A stretch of 64,000 bases of DNA from Eledone cirrhosa (taxonomy: Eukaryota), in contig OZ024741.1 in assembly GCA_964016885.1 (NCBI GenBank), positions 152,334,001-152,398,000 of the forward strand, read 5' to 3'. The translations under genes and the position numbers were made by a program. The notes beneath the pieces are model-generated. The model made no database searches, was not told the origin of the DNA, and saw nothing but the letters and a program-made list of their open reading frames with translations. Position 1 is the stretch's first letter. Every line of letters starts with the position of its first letter. Positions 51,596 through 64,000 of this stretch are shown in pieces.

Positions 51596-51598
<3 letters not shown>
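51243..51598 (+). mobile_element. Solo 3' UTR of the RTE-A copy-3 subfamily
   Basis: Reverse complement of 38770-39135, lacking one subrepeat; ends ccatgctagcatggaagaacggacgtaaaacggtgatgatga. Confidence 0.9.
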
Positions 51599-51657
<59 letters not shown>

Positions 51658-53019
51658 CCGAGTTACCCAACGTTGCACAGGTCATTACAACCATCTCAAA
51701 AGTAAAAAAAAACTCTGGGAACTATGAAATAAAACACCGAATGAAACAAAAGAAAAGTATAGTTAAACTTATAATTCACGAACATTTTTCACAATCAATA
51801 TTACATACTTTTACTACTTATACACCTAAATAAAGAAATCAATATTCTAACTTAAGATTGATTATTTGCCTCAGTTACATCATTCTTTAGATATTCACTT
51901 CCTCTTTTAGTTCATAAATTATCGCATAAACAAAAATATTTGATCTTTTCATAAATTAATATTTGCATAACATTTTTCTATGCAATACATGCATTTTATT
52001 CTGATGCATTGATATAAATATCCTAGAATTTAATAATTAACATGAGACAGCATGGTTATTAACTACCCAAGTGTGTTGAATGTTAATAGAAGAGAGAATG
52101 TTTAACAGCAAATACATGATACACAATTTACTTTCCTGTAAAATGATGGCATTATATCTTTCCCAATAATGGATTTGAACAATTTTAAAGGATCTCAGAG
52201 CTGTGTATCTTTTGTTATGAATAATGGATTATACCTGTGTATGACTTGTATGAAGAAAGTAAAAGCTTTCACATTTCGTCCATGAAAACGATTTACAGAT
52301 TTTTATAACAAAAAGTCTTTTTCTCTGACCAGGAAATCTGTGAATTTCATTTGGAACTCACTGAATTTGATTTCCAGAAAAAACAAAAAAGACTGTGTAT
52401 GCTTATTAACACTATTATTGAATGTTACAGTTGAAGGTTCTACATAAATGTACATGGTGAATTCATTTTTTAACTTTCCCAGTGCGAAGGAGATAGTTTA
52501 AAAAGTAATGACTTCCTGAATTTATTCATTACATAAAAACAATGCAATAATGATTAAATAGCAATTTTGTCATTAAATACTACACTAAACAAAAATAAAT
52601 AAATAATGGCATTCATTTTAATGTGCAAAATTCTTTTTATGAAGTTATAAAAATGTTAAGGTCACTCATTTCATTCTCTAATAATAATAGGTAATAAACT
52701 AACAAACAGACTTTCCTGTAACAAGTATACAATCATCATCGTTTAACAACTATCTCCCATGCTAGCATGAGTTAGATGGGTTTGTCCTATTTGAGGTAAG
52801 TTTGGTCAGGTGACCATGTCTCGCTAATATAGGACTGTTTATTTATATATATAAACACAACAAAGAATGTATATAGCAATAACTGCGTGAACAGTAGTGA
52901 GGTGGCTAGTGCGGCCATGTGCAAGAACCCCCCAACCGTCATCAAACAATCGCACAACATGAACACGATGATGATGATGATATACACACAAACAGGATCC
53001 TAGCTATGTGTAAGCCATG

Positions 53020-53127
53020 TGAATCTAGAGAAGGGCTTTGACAGAGTGCCACAATCTGTCATCTGGTGGTAACTAGATTAGAAGAATAGCTTGTGAGAGC
53101 AGTGCAAGTCATATTCAGAAGAGCTGT
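53020..53127 (+). mobile_element. Small RTE-A RT fragment
   Basis: Encodes LEKGFDRVPQSVIWW and LVRAVQ. Confidence 0.6.
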
Positions 53128-53583
53128 GCATGCGTGTACATTCACCTACACATATATGTAATTAAAACTATCAATTAGCTTAACTTAAATGTAAATACAA
53201 CCAGAATTAAACCAAAGCCAACAATGAACCCAAGCAAACAAACCATACCCCTGCAATCGACCTGAAACACCAGATCTAGATTGCTCAAGGAAGAGTTAAA
53301 CTATGTACGTCCTGTGTCCCACTAACCTATACTAATTACTGGTATGGGGATGATGGACACCATCAGGCTGCAATCATCATGTTATATAGTTTCTATATAA
53401 TAATCTGCAGCAACTATAACCCAATTCCATAATTGGCATGGAACTCGCACCTTTAGGAGCCACCACTAATTTAAATCGATAAACTTACCTTAGTACACAG
53501 ACATGCACTGATTGTAACCCTATGTTCAACTACCAGGAATCAAACCATATATATCCTCATCATTGTTTTAACATCTGCTTTCC

Positions 53584-53628
<45 letters not shown>

Positions 53629-53736
53629 ATCTCTTTAAAATGGCTGATTAAATAGGCACGCATGTTATTTTTCTCTATTTTTCTGTTCGTTCCTCTTCTC
53701 ACTCTTTATCTTTCTATTTTATCTTACTTTTCACTA

Positions 53737-53772
53737 TCTTCTGATGAAGGATTAGTGTTCAAAACATCAAGA
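53737..53772 (+). ncRNA. Decayed minimal (Penelope-type) hammerhead
   Basis: tctt-ctgatga-aggattagtgttc-aaaac-atc-aaga equals the canonical ...cGAAACGTC with two CpG->CpA changes. Stem I is tctt/aaga. Confidence 0.55.
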
Positions 53773-54009
53773 CTTTTCCTATTTCAAGTATTAAACTAAT
53801 ATATTTCTTCATTTCACTGTGTCCTCATTTAATTTATTTCTGTTTACTTACTACATACATGTACATACACAGATATAAATATATCTTTGATAGATAGAGA
53901 TGCAGATATATAGGGCAGGCAGACATCTGATTATAATCTATAACTATCAGGAGGAGTTATTGTCCAGTCTTGTATGGTTACAGTTGTTTGGTTGGTTTGT
54001 AACGCGAGG

Positions 54010-54745
54010 TGGTGGTGATGATGGTGCTGGTTGTGATGGAGGTGATGTAAGTGATAGTGGTGGAGCTGGTAGTAGTGGTGGTGGTGTTGGTGGTTGTGAT
54101 GGAGGTGATGTGATAGTGGTGGAGCTGGTAGTGGTGGTGGTGATGGTGCTGCTGTTTGTGATGGAGGTGATGTAAGTAATAGTGGTGGAGCTGGTAGTGG
54201 TGGTGGTGCTGGTTGTGATGGAGGTGATGTAAGTGATAGTGGTGGAGCTGGTAGTGGTGGTGGTGCTGGTAGTGGTGGTGGTGCTGGTTGTGATGGAGGT
54301 GATGTAAGTGATAGTGGTGGAGCTGGTAGTGGTGGTGGTGCTGGTTGTGATGGAGGTGATGTAAGTGATAGTGGTGGAGCTGGTAGTGGTGGTGGTGCTG
54401 GTAGTGGTGGTGGTGCTGGTAGTGGTGGTGGTGCTGGTAGTGGTGGTGGTGCTGGTTGTGATGGAGGTGATGTAAGTGATAGTGGTGGAGCTGGTAGTGG
54501 TGGTGGTGCTGGTTGTGATGGAGGTGATGTAAGTGATAGTGGTGGAGCTGGTAGTGGTGGTGGTGCTGGTTGTGATGGAGGTGATGTAAGTGATAGTGGT
54601 GGAGCTGGTAGTGGTGGTGCTGGTGGTGGTGCTGGTAGTGGTGATAGTGGTGGTGTAAGTGATAGTGGTGGAGCTGGTAGTAGTGGTGGTGATGGTGATA
54701 GTGGTGGTGATGGTGATGGTGGTGGTGCTGGTAGTGGTGGTGATG
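54010..54745. repeat. 57-bp GGT-rich minisatellite
   Basis: gtgatggaggtgatgtaagtgatagtggtggagctggtagtggtggtggtgctggtt repeated, with variants. Confidence 0.95.
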
Positions 54746-55159
54746 TATAAAAACAAAAAAAGGACTAATGCAGAGCTTGCTGTCAGTCGCTCAGTTAATG
54801 TATGTGCATGTGTGCGCCTGCGTGTGCGTGTGTGCGAGTGCATGAGCCTTTGCTTGTGTGACTGACAGCCGCTTTGGGTACGCGGATCTGTGACACGTGT
54901 ATGCACCTGTGTGTACGCGTCTGTGTATAAGTGCATGTGAAACGGCCTCACACATACAAAAATACAGACACACACACATTAACATACACAAACACACTGA
55001 CAGACATGGTCAGATACACACAAAACTGATTTAATATTTATAGTAACTGCAAATGTGTTTGTCAGAAGCAGATCATGATGATGATTGTTATGACAACAGA
55101 GACACTGGTGGAAGTCATTTTTAAAATTAATATATATTTTATAATTTCGTAAAGGGCAG

Positions 55160-55630
55160 TGACTTGGTAGAATCATAGAGCGTCAGGCAAAATGTCTTGT
55201 GATATTTGTGGTCTCTTATATTCTGAGTTAAAATCTCACCAATGTCAAGGTTGCCTTTCATCCATCTAGTATCAACAGAATTATGTCCCAGTCAAGTATT
55301 GAGTCAATACAACCCACTTTCCCCACGCCACAAACAGCTGGCCTTTTGCCTAAATTAGAAGTCATCCACCGAGGTTAACTTTGCCTTTCATCCTTACGGG
55401 GGGGTCGATAAAATAAAGTACCAGTAATGTACTGGGTAATTGCTGGCCTTGTGCCTAAAGTAGAAACAATTATTATTATTGTTGCTTTTATTAAAAGTGA
55501 TAGACTGACAGAATCATTAGAGCTACAAAGAAAATGCCATGTGATAATTAGTTATGGCCCATTATAGTCTGTGTCCAAATCCTGGTGATATCAACTTTAC
55601 ATTTTCTCCGTTAAGATTTGATAAAACAGC
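55160..55630 (+). mobile_element. Tandem Meta-like SINE copies or fragments
   Basis: Repeated gcctttcatcc / aaagtaccagtaat / ggccttgtgcctaaagtagaaacaattatt modules. Confidence 0.75.
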
Positions 55631-55681
55631 ATATCAATGAAAGCCCCTCGCAAGTACTTCTGGTAAATTGTTACACACATA

Positions 55682-56426
55682 TACAAAGTGAGTCAGAAAA
55701 GAAACAAGACTAGGGTCACAAAAAATATTTCAAATCCAAACTACAAACTACTAGCTTTCCCTTTTGAAATAATCCCCCTCGAGTAACACTTTCCCATCCT
55801 TCGCTCCACCATGCCTCCATGCACTTCTGGAAGGATTCTGCAGCTCTGTTGTCATGGCCCTCTTTATGGCTTCCACGTTCGGAAAAGAGATCTCCTTGAT
55901 GACACTCTGGAGCATGGGGAAAAAGAAAAAATCCGACAGAGCCAGGAAGGATGAGTAGAGTGGTTGCTACAGCATGGTGATGTTCTCTGCCCGATGCTCA
56001 GGGCATTGTACGCCGGCACATAGTCCAGCCACAACTCTCGCCTCTTCTCATACTGAATGAAGCAAACACTGCAAGATCTCTTTGTAGACATGCTGGTTGA
56101 TCATCTGACCCTATGGCAAGACATCTCTGTGACGATGCCCCTCACATTGAAGAAAGCGATCAACATGAGTTTCAATTTGGACTTCAAGTGTCTCGAGTTT
56201 TGCCCAGCCAGACCAGAAACTTCAGGTTGGTTCATTGCTCGATGGCCTAAAATTCAGGAGCTGTTAAAACTACATGAACAAACATACAATGGCTGCAGAG
56301 AGCTGAGATCGCAGTTATATACTCTCCAGATCTTACGTCACATGGTGATGCAACCCAGAAATCCCAACCTTGCCAATAGCTTTCACAGCACGTTAAGTCC
56401 TGTTAATTTTCTTACACAAATGTGTG
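55682..56426 (-). mobile_element. Decayed, internally deleted mariner-like DNA transposon
   Basis: The minus strand encodes a mariner-type C-terminus (FPNVEAIKRAMTTEL..ESFQKCMEAW...EGDYF). Degenerate TIRs: acaaagtgagtcagaaaagaaacaagact and agtcctgttaattttcttacacaaatgt. Confidence 0.6.
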
Positions 56427-56766
56427 TCATCACCAAAAAAAAAATGTATGTCATCACCACCATCAGCACTTTATATCAATTTTCCACATTTGACAGTTTT
56501 GAGAAGCAGGTTTAGATGACTGTTTCTTGCTCATACACTCCATTGTGGCATGGTTTCTACAGCTGGATGCCCTTCCTAATGCCAACCATTTCCTAGCGGA
56601 GGCTGGGTGTATTTTATCATGGCAATAGCACTTCCGCCTTCCAGTATGAGCAGTGCAATGAGTGAATTTGTTTCATGATATCACTACTACCATATACAGA
56701 TAAATAATATGTATGTGTTTGTATGTATATATATTTATATAAAATATGTATATATATATATATATA

Positions 56767-57605
56767 CAGGGTGCAGATATTTGTTTGCAATTTTCAACTG
56801 CTAATTTTATGCAAATTTTTTTTTACTTCCGTTGTCACTCTTGTCTTCATAAAAACAGTGACTATATTTCCATTATTTATTTTCAGAATAATTGATTATG
56901 AATAATTTTGAACCTCCAAATTTGTGGAAGAGACACAGAGTTCTTCTTGGAATCCACACCGGGAGGACAAATAAGACCAGAAGATCAACTCCCAGAACAA
57001 CAGGTGGCTCGCTGTCTCATCCAAAGACGTGCCCAGAGTCATGCAAACAAAGTTTCCAGCGACAACATTGGTCTTAGGGCCTCAAGCTGAACACCGATGG
57101 CTACATCCGCATTCTGAGCGAGGTAGTAAAGCCCTGGATCGACCAGGTAGCTGCAGGTAGGCCGTACGTGTGGCAGCAAGACTCAGCGCTCTGCCATACC
57201 AGCCGAAAGACCCAAGCCTGGCTGTTAGAGAACTTCGTTGACCACACTTCACCTGACATCTGGCCTCCCAGCTCACCTGACTGCAACCCCCTCGACTTCT
57301 TTGTGTGGGGCACAGTGGAACGAAACACCAACAGATCTAGCTGCAATACGAAAGACGATCTGAAGGCCAGGATCACAAGTGCCTTTAAGGGCGTAAGTCG
57401 GGGTTCAGTGACGAAGGCCTTTAGCCAGTTCCGAGGCCGCCTTGAGGCCATCACCAAAGCCAATGGCGGGTTTATCGAGTGAGATCGAAAGAACAAGTCA
57501 TGAAGACAAACTGACCCAAGTTTGATAAATAAATCTTAAAAAATAAAACTACTGTGTTATTTTTTCCTAGACACTAATCTTGCGAACAATATCGTCCGCA
57601 CCCTG
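56767..57605 (+). mobile_element. Internally deleted DD37D (maT-family) Tc1/mariner transposon
   Basis: TIRs cagggtgc.../...gcaccctg flanked by TA. ORF 57168..57482 reads WQQDSALCHT...WPPSSPDCNPLDF, with 37 residues between the second and third Asp. Confidence 0.9.
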
Positions 57606-58347
57606 TATGTATATATATATATATATATAAATATATATATAAATATATAATTTTATTCTTTTAATGGGTTTAGTCATTAGACTGCAACCATGCTGTGGTA
57701 ACATCTTTATTTAGTTGGGTCACAATGTCTCAAGTACTTATTTTTTGCAAGATTGGTACTATTTATATTAATTTCCTTCTTGTTGAACCTCTAAGTTACA
57801 GGACAAACACCGACACACACACACACACACACCAAATATATTCAACCCCTCACACAGACAGACACACATCCACCAAACCTGCCAACCTCTAAAAACCCAA
57901 ATGGGGAATACCATGAAAAAAAGTGGGTGGGAGATCTCACCACAGACTAGGAGAGTTGACAGGTTTGCATCCACCATCACCACACCCATCTGGACAACCA
58001 GATTACATACATACATACATACATACATACACACACATTCACCATACACAACGCACATTCAACCCACCCATAGCACATACATAGTTCCCCCCCCCCCCCC
58101 ACACACACACACACACGTCCACAGATGTTCAAGATTAATTAAGTGTACTTTGTAGAACTTATTTCCTACATAAAATAATTTATATTGATGCTCGTTATGT
58201 TTCTTGTTTTTTCTTTGTTTTTTTATATTTATTTATGGCAATTATAATTTCATTCAATTTTCAGTTGATAAACACAAAAACATAGCAACTGTCGCATTGT
58301 TGTTTTTTACACTTTATAAGAATACCTGAGAGAGAGAAAGAGAGAGC

Positions 58348-59380
58348 GTGTCTCTCTGTCTGTCTGTCTGTCTCTCTCTGTCTGTCTCTCTGTCTCTCTC
58401 TCTCTGTCTGTCTCTCTGTCTCTGTCTGTCTCTCTGTCTCTCTCTCTCTGTCTGTCTCTCTGTCTGTCTCTCTCTCTGTCTCTCTGTCTGTCTCTCTCTC
58501 TGTCTCTCTGTCTGTCTCTCTCTCTGTCTCTCTGTCTGTCTCTCTCTCTGTCTCTCTGTCTGTCTCTCTCTCCGTCTGTCTGTCTGTCTCTCTCTCTGTC
58601 TCTCTGTCTCTCTCTCTGTCTCTCTGTCTGTCTCTCTCTCTGTCTCTCTGTCTCTCTCTCTGTCTCTCTGTCTGTCTCTCTCTGTCTCTCTCTGTCTGTC
58701 TCTCTGTCTCTCTGTCTCTCTGTCTCTCTGTCTGTCTCTCTCTGTCTCTCTGTGTCTCTCTCTGTCTCTCTGTGTCTCTCTGTGTCTCTCTGTGTGCCTG
58801 TGTGTGCCTGTGTGTGCCTGTGTGTGCCTGTGTGTGCCTGTGTGTGTCTGTGTGTGTCTATATGTGTCTATATGTGTCTATATGTGTCTATATGTGTCTA
58901 TATGTGAGTGAGTGTGTGAGTGAGTGAGTGCGTGAGTGAGAGCGTGTCTGTGTGAGAGCGTGTCTGTGTGAGAGCGTGTCTGTGTGAGAGCGTGTCTGTG
59001 TGAGAGCGTGTCTGTGTGAGAGCATGTCTGTGTGAGAGCATGTCTGTGTGAGAGCATGTCTGTGTGAGAGCATGTCTGTGTGAGAGCATGTCTGTGTGAG
59101 AGCATGTCTGTGTGAGAGCATGTCTGTGTGAGACTGCGCGTGTGTGAGACTGCGCGTGTGTGAGACTGCGCGTGTGTGAGAGAGCGCGTGTGTGAGAGTG
59201 CGCGTGTGTGAGAGTGCGTGTGTGAGAGTGTGTGTGTGAGAGAGTGTGTGTGAGAGTGTGTGTGTGAGAGTGTGTGTGTGAGAGTGCGTGTGTGAGAGTA
59301 CATGTCTGTGTGAGAGTGCGCGTGTGAGAGTGCATGTCTGTGTGAGAGTGCGCCTGTGTGAGTGTGTGTGTGTGTCACCA
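58348..59380. repeat. Compound (TC/TG)n microsatellite with 10- and 16-bp higher-order units
   Basis: Direct inspection. Confidence 0.95.
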
Positions 59381-60119
59381 TGTCTCTCCGTGTCCGAGTC
59401 TGCATGTGTGCATCTGTGTGTGTGCATCTGCATGTACGTACATGCAACCATGAGAAATAGCCACATGGTTATTATGCTGATGCTATTCATATAGGCACCA
59501 ACAGAAAGGTTATCAAATCTTTGACATGGCCAAAGTGTCCTCCCAATCATATGTTGTCTATTTCAGCTTATTCCATTGGTCAACCACATTCCAGCAGGTA
59601 CTGAGTATATTCCATCACAACACCAATACCAGAAGTTGTCCTATCTGCTGCAGGCAAAAAGGGTCCTCTCTTGCTCTACATACATATATATATATGGACC
59701 CATAACTGCTGATATAGTAGGAGTACTATTATGACATACATGTCTAGGGCATTTTAAACCTGGCAGAGCCCATTGCCTGTCCAGATTAGAACACAGCCGA
59801 TTTCTTTAAGAGAAGAGACACAGAGAGCGAAAACAAGTATAGAAGAAAAAAAATCAACCCCAGTGTTGGACTGGTACATTTTTGATCGACCTTGAAAAGA
59901 TGAAATGTGAAGTTAATTCCAGCAGGATTTAAGAGCGCAGAGAGTCGGAACAAATACCACAAATCACTACCTGGCATTCCAATTACTGTCAATTTGCCGC
60001 CAACATCATTATCACCGTTTAATATCTATTTTCCATGCTTGCATAGGTTAGACGTAGTGTGTGGAGCATGGCCAATTATGCAATGGTATAGTCACTGAAG
60101 ATAATCATTATTATATAGA

Positions 60120-60213
60120 ACGGTGGATTGGCAGTATCGGTAGAGGGTCGGACACTATGCTTTCCAGCATAGTTATGTCCCTTTACGATCCGAGTTCAAA
60201 TCCCGCCGAGGTT
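60120..60213 (+). mobile_element. Meta-like SINE head (tRNA-like part only)
   Basis: ggtggattggcagtatcggtagagggtcggac...gagttcaaatcccgccgagg. Confidence 0.75.
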
Positions 60214-62409
60214 ATAAGATGACTGCAGCCTGATGAAGTCCATCTCCTCCATATCAATGATTGATGCAAGTCAGTTCATTTACTGGGAGGTGGGGACATA
60301 AAAAAATATGCGTGATTTAGCTCATACCTAAGTGATACAGTTTGGGTATTTGAGGTTAAGTGTAGAGGTATGCTTGTTTGCTTGGGTTTGCAATTGGCTT
60401 TGATTTAACCTGGTTATATTTAAGTTCAACTTAATACCAATAAACAGTCTTAATTTGGGGGGGGTGGGGGCATAAGGCATTCATTTAGTTGTAATTTCTG
60501 CAGGCATAGAACACCATTTATTTACTTGAATTCTACTGTTTACACACACAGAAACACAGTTGCTCTAAAACTTTAGGTCTGTACAGTCCTACATGACATA
60601 TGAATACATATATCAGATTCTTCACACCAACCCAGAAATATTGAACACATTTATATTTTCATACTGCAAAATATTAAAAGAAATCAATGTGTATGTGTTT
60701 TATATTGAAAAAACAGCTGTGGTGAAATTTTATCTGTTTTATCAAATATTTATTTTCTTAGTCATTCACGTTAAAACTTTCATTACCATATTTCTAATGA
60801 AAGACATTGACTATAACCTTCAATTAATCTTTAAAAAAGTAAACTTTATTACCAAAATTATATTAATTGAATAGATGATAAAGAGAAAAAAAAAGGGAAC
60901 GAGAGAGAAGAAAAAGGGAGGGGTATTCTCTACACTCTAGGCTAGTTGGTACATCTGAGTTGCACCCCACATACAAAAAGCATTGCCAGAGAGAGAAGAA
61001 AGTTATATCTACTGCATCAGCCAGTCTACCTCATGTGGTACCTTCCTTAATTGAGATCTATTACTCCTGATTTTGCTGAAAAAAATAGCAATCCATGGAC
61101 CATGGATACCGGAAATTATTATGGCAGCCAGCAGAAAAAGGAAGCAGTTGGTCAAATCCTGGGATTTCATTATCTTCAACCGCCCCTGCATTACAGGCAA
61201 CAGTACCAAATTTTTTTGCTGAATGTTGTTAACATGCAAAATAAGGCCACAAACACCACTTCATCTAGACTGTGAATGTATATAAATTTACACATTGAGT
61301 ATTATAAATTAGTTTTTTAGCATTATTATGCAGAACTTAAAGGTTCTTATATAAATATAAACATTTAAAACAGACCTGCATTGTAGAAACAAAAGCAGTT
61401 TCAGGCAGTTGGCATCAAAAGAGGTAAAATAGAATGGTAAACAACATCAATTGAAAACAGATGAAAACAAATACTGAAAATTAAAAAAGAAGTCTAAAAT
61501 TGAATCTAAAAAATTCTTACTACCACCACCACCACCACCACCACCACCACCACTACTAGTAGTAGTACCACCACAACCTTTTTAATTTCCATTCCAGGCT
61601 GTACAGCACATATGTCTGTCCCTAGAAAGTTCCAGTAGCATATGAGGAGTGTTTTTCTTTTAGAAGTGGTTGTTGCCCCTTGCTCAAACCTTAGTTTCTA
61701 GAATGCTGTGGGTATGCTCCCTTTCCCCCTCTTGCAGCACAATATAGTGAACTCATAGAAAGAGAGTAGAGTGAACCCTAGTATTTAACTGGTACTTTTA
61801 TCAACCTCCTTAGAATGAAAGGCAGAATTGACCTTAGTGTGTTTTTTTTTCTGAGCAGAGCTGGGACAAACACTACAGGGCATTTTATCTCACATTCTAA
61901 CAACTGCCAATTTGCCTCTTCCCACCACCACCATAATCACCACTGCTACTACCACCACTCTCAAAACATAATATTATCAATAGTGGTGAGTGTTTTGACT
62001 TCATCAGTCCATAACATTCAGTCATATAAACTACAAACATCAATACATACACACACACATTTCTAAACAAGACTACTAATACACCATCATTACATTCAAC
62101 ATCCCTTGACCATACCACCACCATTAACACCACAATCATCATCAACAACAACACCACCACTACATTTATCACCACCACCATCAACATTATTGCCAACATC
62201 ACCATCACCACTACCACCAGACTTCAGTTGGGACAATTATGTTATTAGAACTAAACTTGTGTTATTGCAAATTTGGGCTGATGCCATATAAGGACATGGT
62301 AACAGAGGTAGTGGTGGTGATGTCAGGGGTGGTAGTAGTGACGGCAGTGGTAGTGGCGATGGTGGTAGTGGTATATATACATAAATGTGATGCATATGAA
62401 TGATGATCA

Positions 62410-62612
62410 TTGGGTGAAGTGCCAGATGCCATAGGAAGGAAGCTGCAGTAGAGAAAGACTAAGGAAGACCTGGACAGAAATGGTGAGAGTTGATCTCAAA
62501 ATGTTGAACCTCATAGGAGATGATGAATGATACAAAGTGTGGAGACACGCTGTGTTGGAGAAGACCCATCCAATACATCCATGCATGGAGAAACATAAAA
62601 TGATAATCATGA
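62410..62612 (+). mobile_element. Decayed RTE 3' end with terminal stem-loop tail
   Basis: RKTWTEMVRVDL..LNL..W..AVLEKT, followed by ccatgcatgg...aaaatgataatcat. Confidence 0.7.
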
Positions 62613-62846
62613 TATATTTAAAATGATTATATATCAGGGCTTTATAGTAACCCTGTATTACATGGTACAGACTATGACTAAGAGGGCTATATAACAACCA
62701 GCGTACTATTGTGAAGCTTAAATGAATATATTTGACATTGTCAATATGCTGTAAACATTCCAAGTTAAAACAATTTAGGAGGAAAAAAAAAAAAAAAAAA
62801 AAAAAAATCAATTCTGCCTTCCATTCTACACAATATTAGTTTTAAG

Positions 62847-63037
62847 TCGGTGAATTGGCAGTATCGGTAGAGGGTCGGACACCATGCTTTGACGCATAGA
62901 GTTACGGCCCTTGCCATTCTGAGTTCAAATCCCGCCAAGGTTAACTTTGCCTTTCATCCTTACGGGGTCGATAAAATAAAGTACCAGTAATGTACTGAGT
63001 AATTGCTGGCCTTGTGCCAATAGTAGAAACAATTATT
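62847..63037 (+). mobile_element. Full-length young Meta-like SINE
   Basis: A-box region tggcagtatcggtaga, B box gagttcaaatcc, Meta-like core gcctttcatccttacggggtcgataaaataaagtacc, aattatt tail. Confidence 0.88.
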
Positions 63038-63609
63038 TTTAAGTATGAGAGTTATTGAGAATGTAAGTTGTAGGGGAGAGGAGCTGTGTAGCCTGAGCTG
63101 TGACTTTTTAAAATCTATTCATGGCATCAACAAACACACACACATGTGAACACATTTGACCAAAACAATCACGACCCCACGACACAAGAATAGAAAGAAA
63201 GAAAAACAAAACTTTCTTGTACTATATTGCTTATTACAGAGGAGAAATTTTATCAAGACAGTTGACGCCTCTCATTTGCTGTGCATTCATACTTTTAACA
63301 GAATTATATAACAAAAGCAACCCAAAAGTCTTCCTTCTTAATGAAGGAAGGCAGTTAACAATAACTGTATAAAGAACTAACAGATGTTTCTATTGCCAAC
63401 AATGTGTCACTTATCATTGGCTTAGCTCTGCTGACAATGGCTTCTAACTTTGGCACAGGGCCACAAATAGGTTGCATGTGTGTGTGTGTGTGTGTGTGTG
63501 CATGCAAACGCGCAAGTGTATATGGTTAATAGAAGAATTGACCCTGGTACATAGCTGGTATTTATATGAAAAGGTAAAACTAAGCACTACAAAGAATTGA
63601 TGCTAAATA

Positions 63610-63985
63610 ATAACTAATTCAGGCAGAAGGTCAACAATTTGCAGGGAAGGAAAAGTCAATTATAGTGACTCAGTATGTGACTGGTACTTTATTTTATCGA
63701 TGCTGGAAAGGTGAAAGGCATAAGGGCCATAAATACATGCTACAAAGCCTTTATTTGATGCTCAATAATAGTAACGATGGTTTCGAAATTAGGCACAAGG
63801 CCAGCAATTTCTAGAGAGTGGGTAAGTTGATTGTTTAACCTCAGTACTTGACTGGTACTTTATTTTAACAATCCCAGAATAATGAAAAGCAAAGCTAACC
63901 TCAGCACGATTTGAACTTAGAATGTAATGTGCCATAACTAAATGCCATGGGGCATTTTGTCTGACACAGTTCTGCTAATCCACTA
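63610..63985 (-). mobile_element. Two decayed Meta-like SINE copies
   Basis: actggtactttatttta..gat/aatcc..ga..g/tgaaa.gca on the plus strand is the reverse complement of the core. Confidence 0.7.
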
Positions 63986-64000
63986 ATAATAATTCTTTGT

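Noticed and set aside
51655-52695. Helitron/Helentron-like non-autonomous element
   Set aside because: The termini are only vaguely similar from memory, and there is no second copy in the window.
53947-54975. Mucin-like Thr/Ser-rich ORF
   Set aside because: A 57-bp minisatellite with (CA)n-derived flanks; no signal peptide or domain.
62847-62935. tRNA genes
   Set aside because: The A/B boxes belong to SINE heads; there is no clean cloverleaf and they continue into SINE bodies.

Overview
Gene-poor, repeat-dominated animal genomic DNA. The repeat set (RTE LINEs, tRNA-derived CORE- and Meta-type SINEs, dense (TA)n/(GA)n/(GGT)n microsatellites) suggests a coleoid cephalopod such as an octopus; this is an inference. 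No host protein-coding gene could be supported. Every long ORF is either transposon-derived or a translated simple repeat. I read at least four RTE-clade LINE families. RTE-A has three long copies and carries a C4HC3 PHD-type zinc finger inserted inside the reverse transcriptase. RTE-B is one near-intact 3.3 kb copy broken by a single stop. RTE-C is a decayed copy with a twin-priming-type 5' inversion. RTE-D is Rex3/Expander-like. Also present: a Tx1-like 3' end inside a GA/TC array, a DD37D (maT) element, a decayed mariner, many SINEs, several Penelope-type hammerhead ribozyme motifs (one apparently intact at 50955-51006, minus strand), and a near-perfect 312-bp palindrome. The best leads are the PHD-in-RT LINE with its modular 3' UTR shared with a SINE, the hammerhead-bearing short element, and the structured 5' leaders of the RTE elements. 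All calls were made by eye, with no database searches or folding software.
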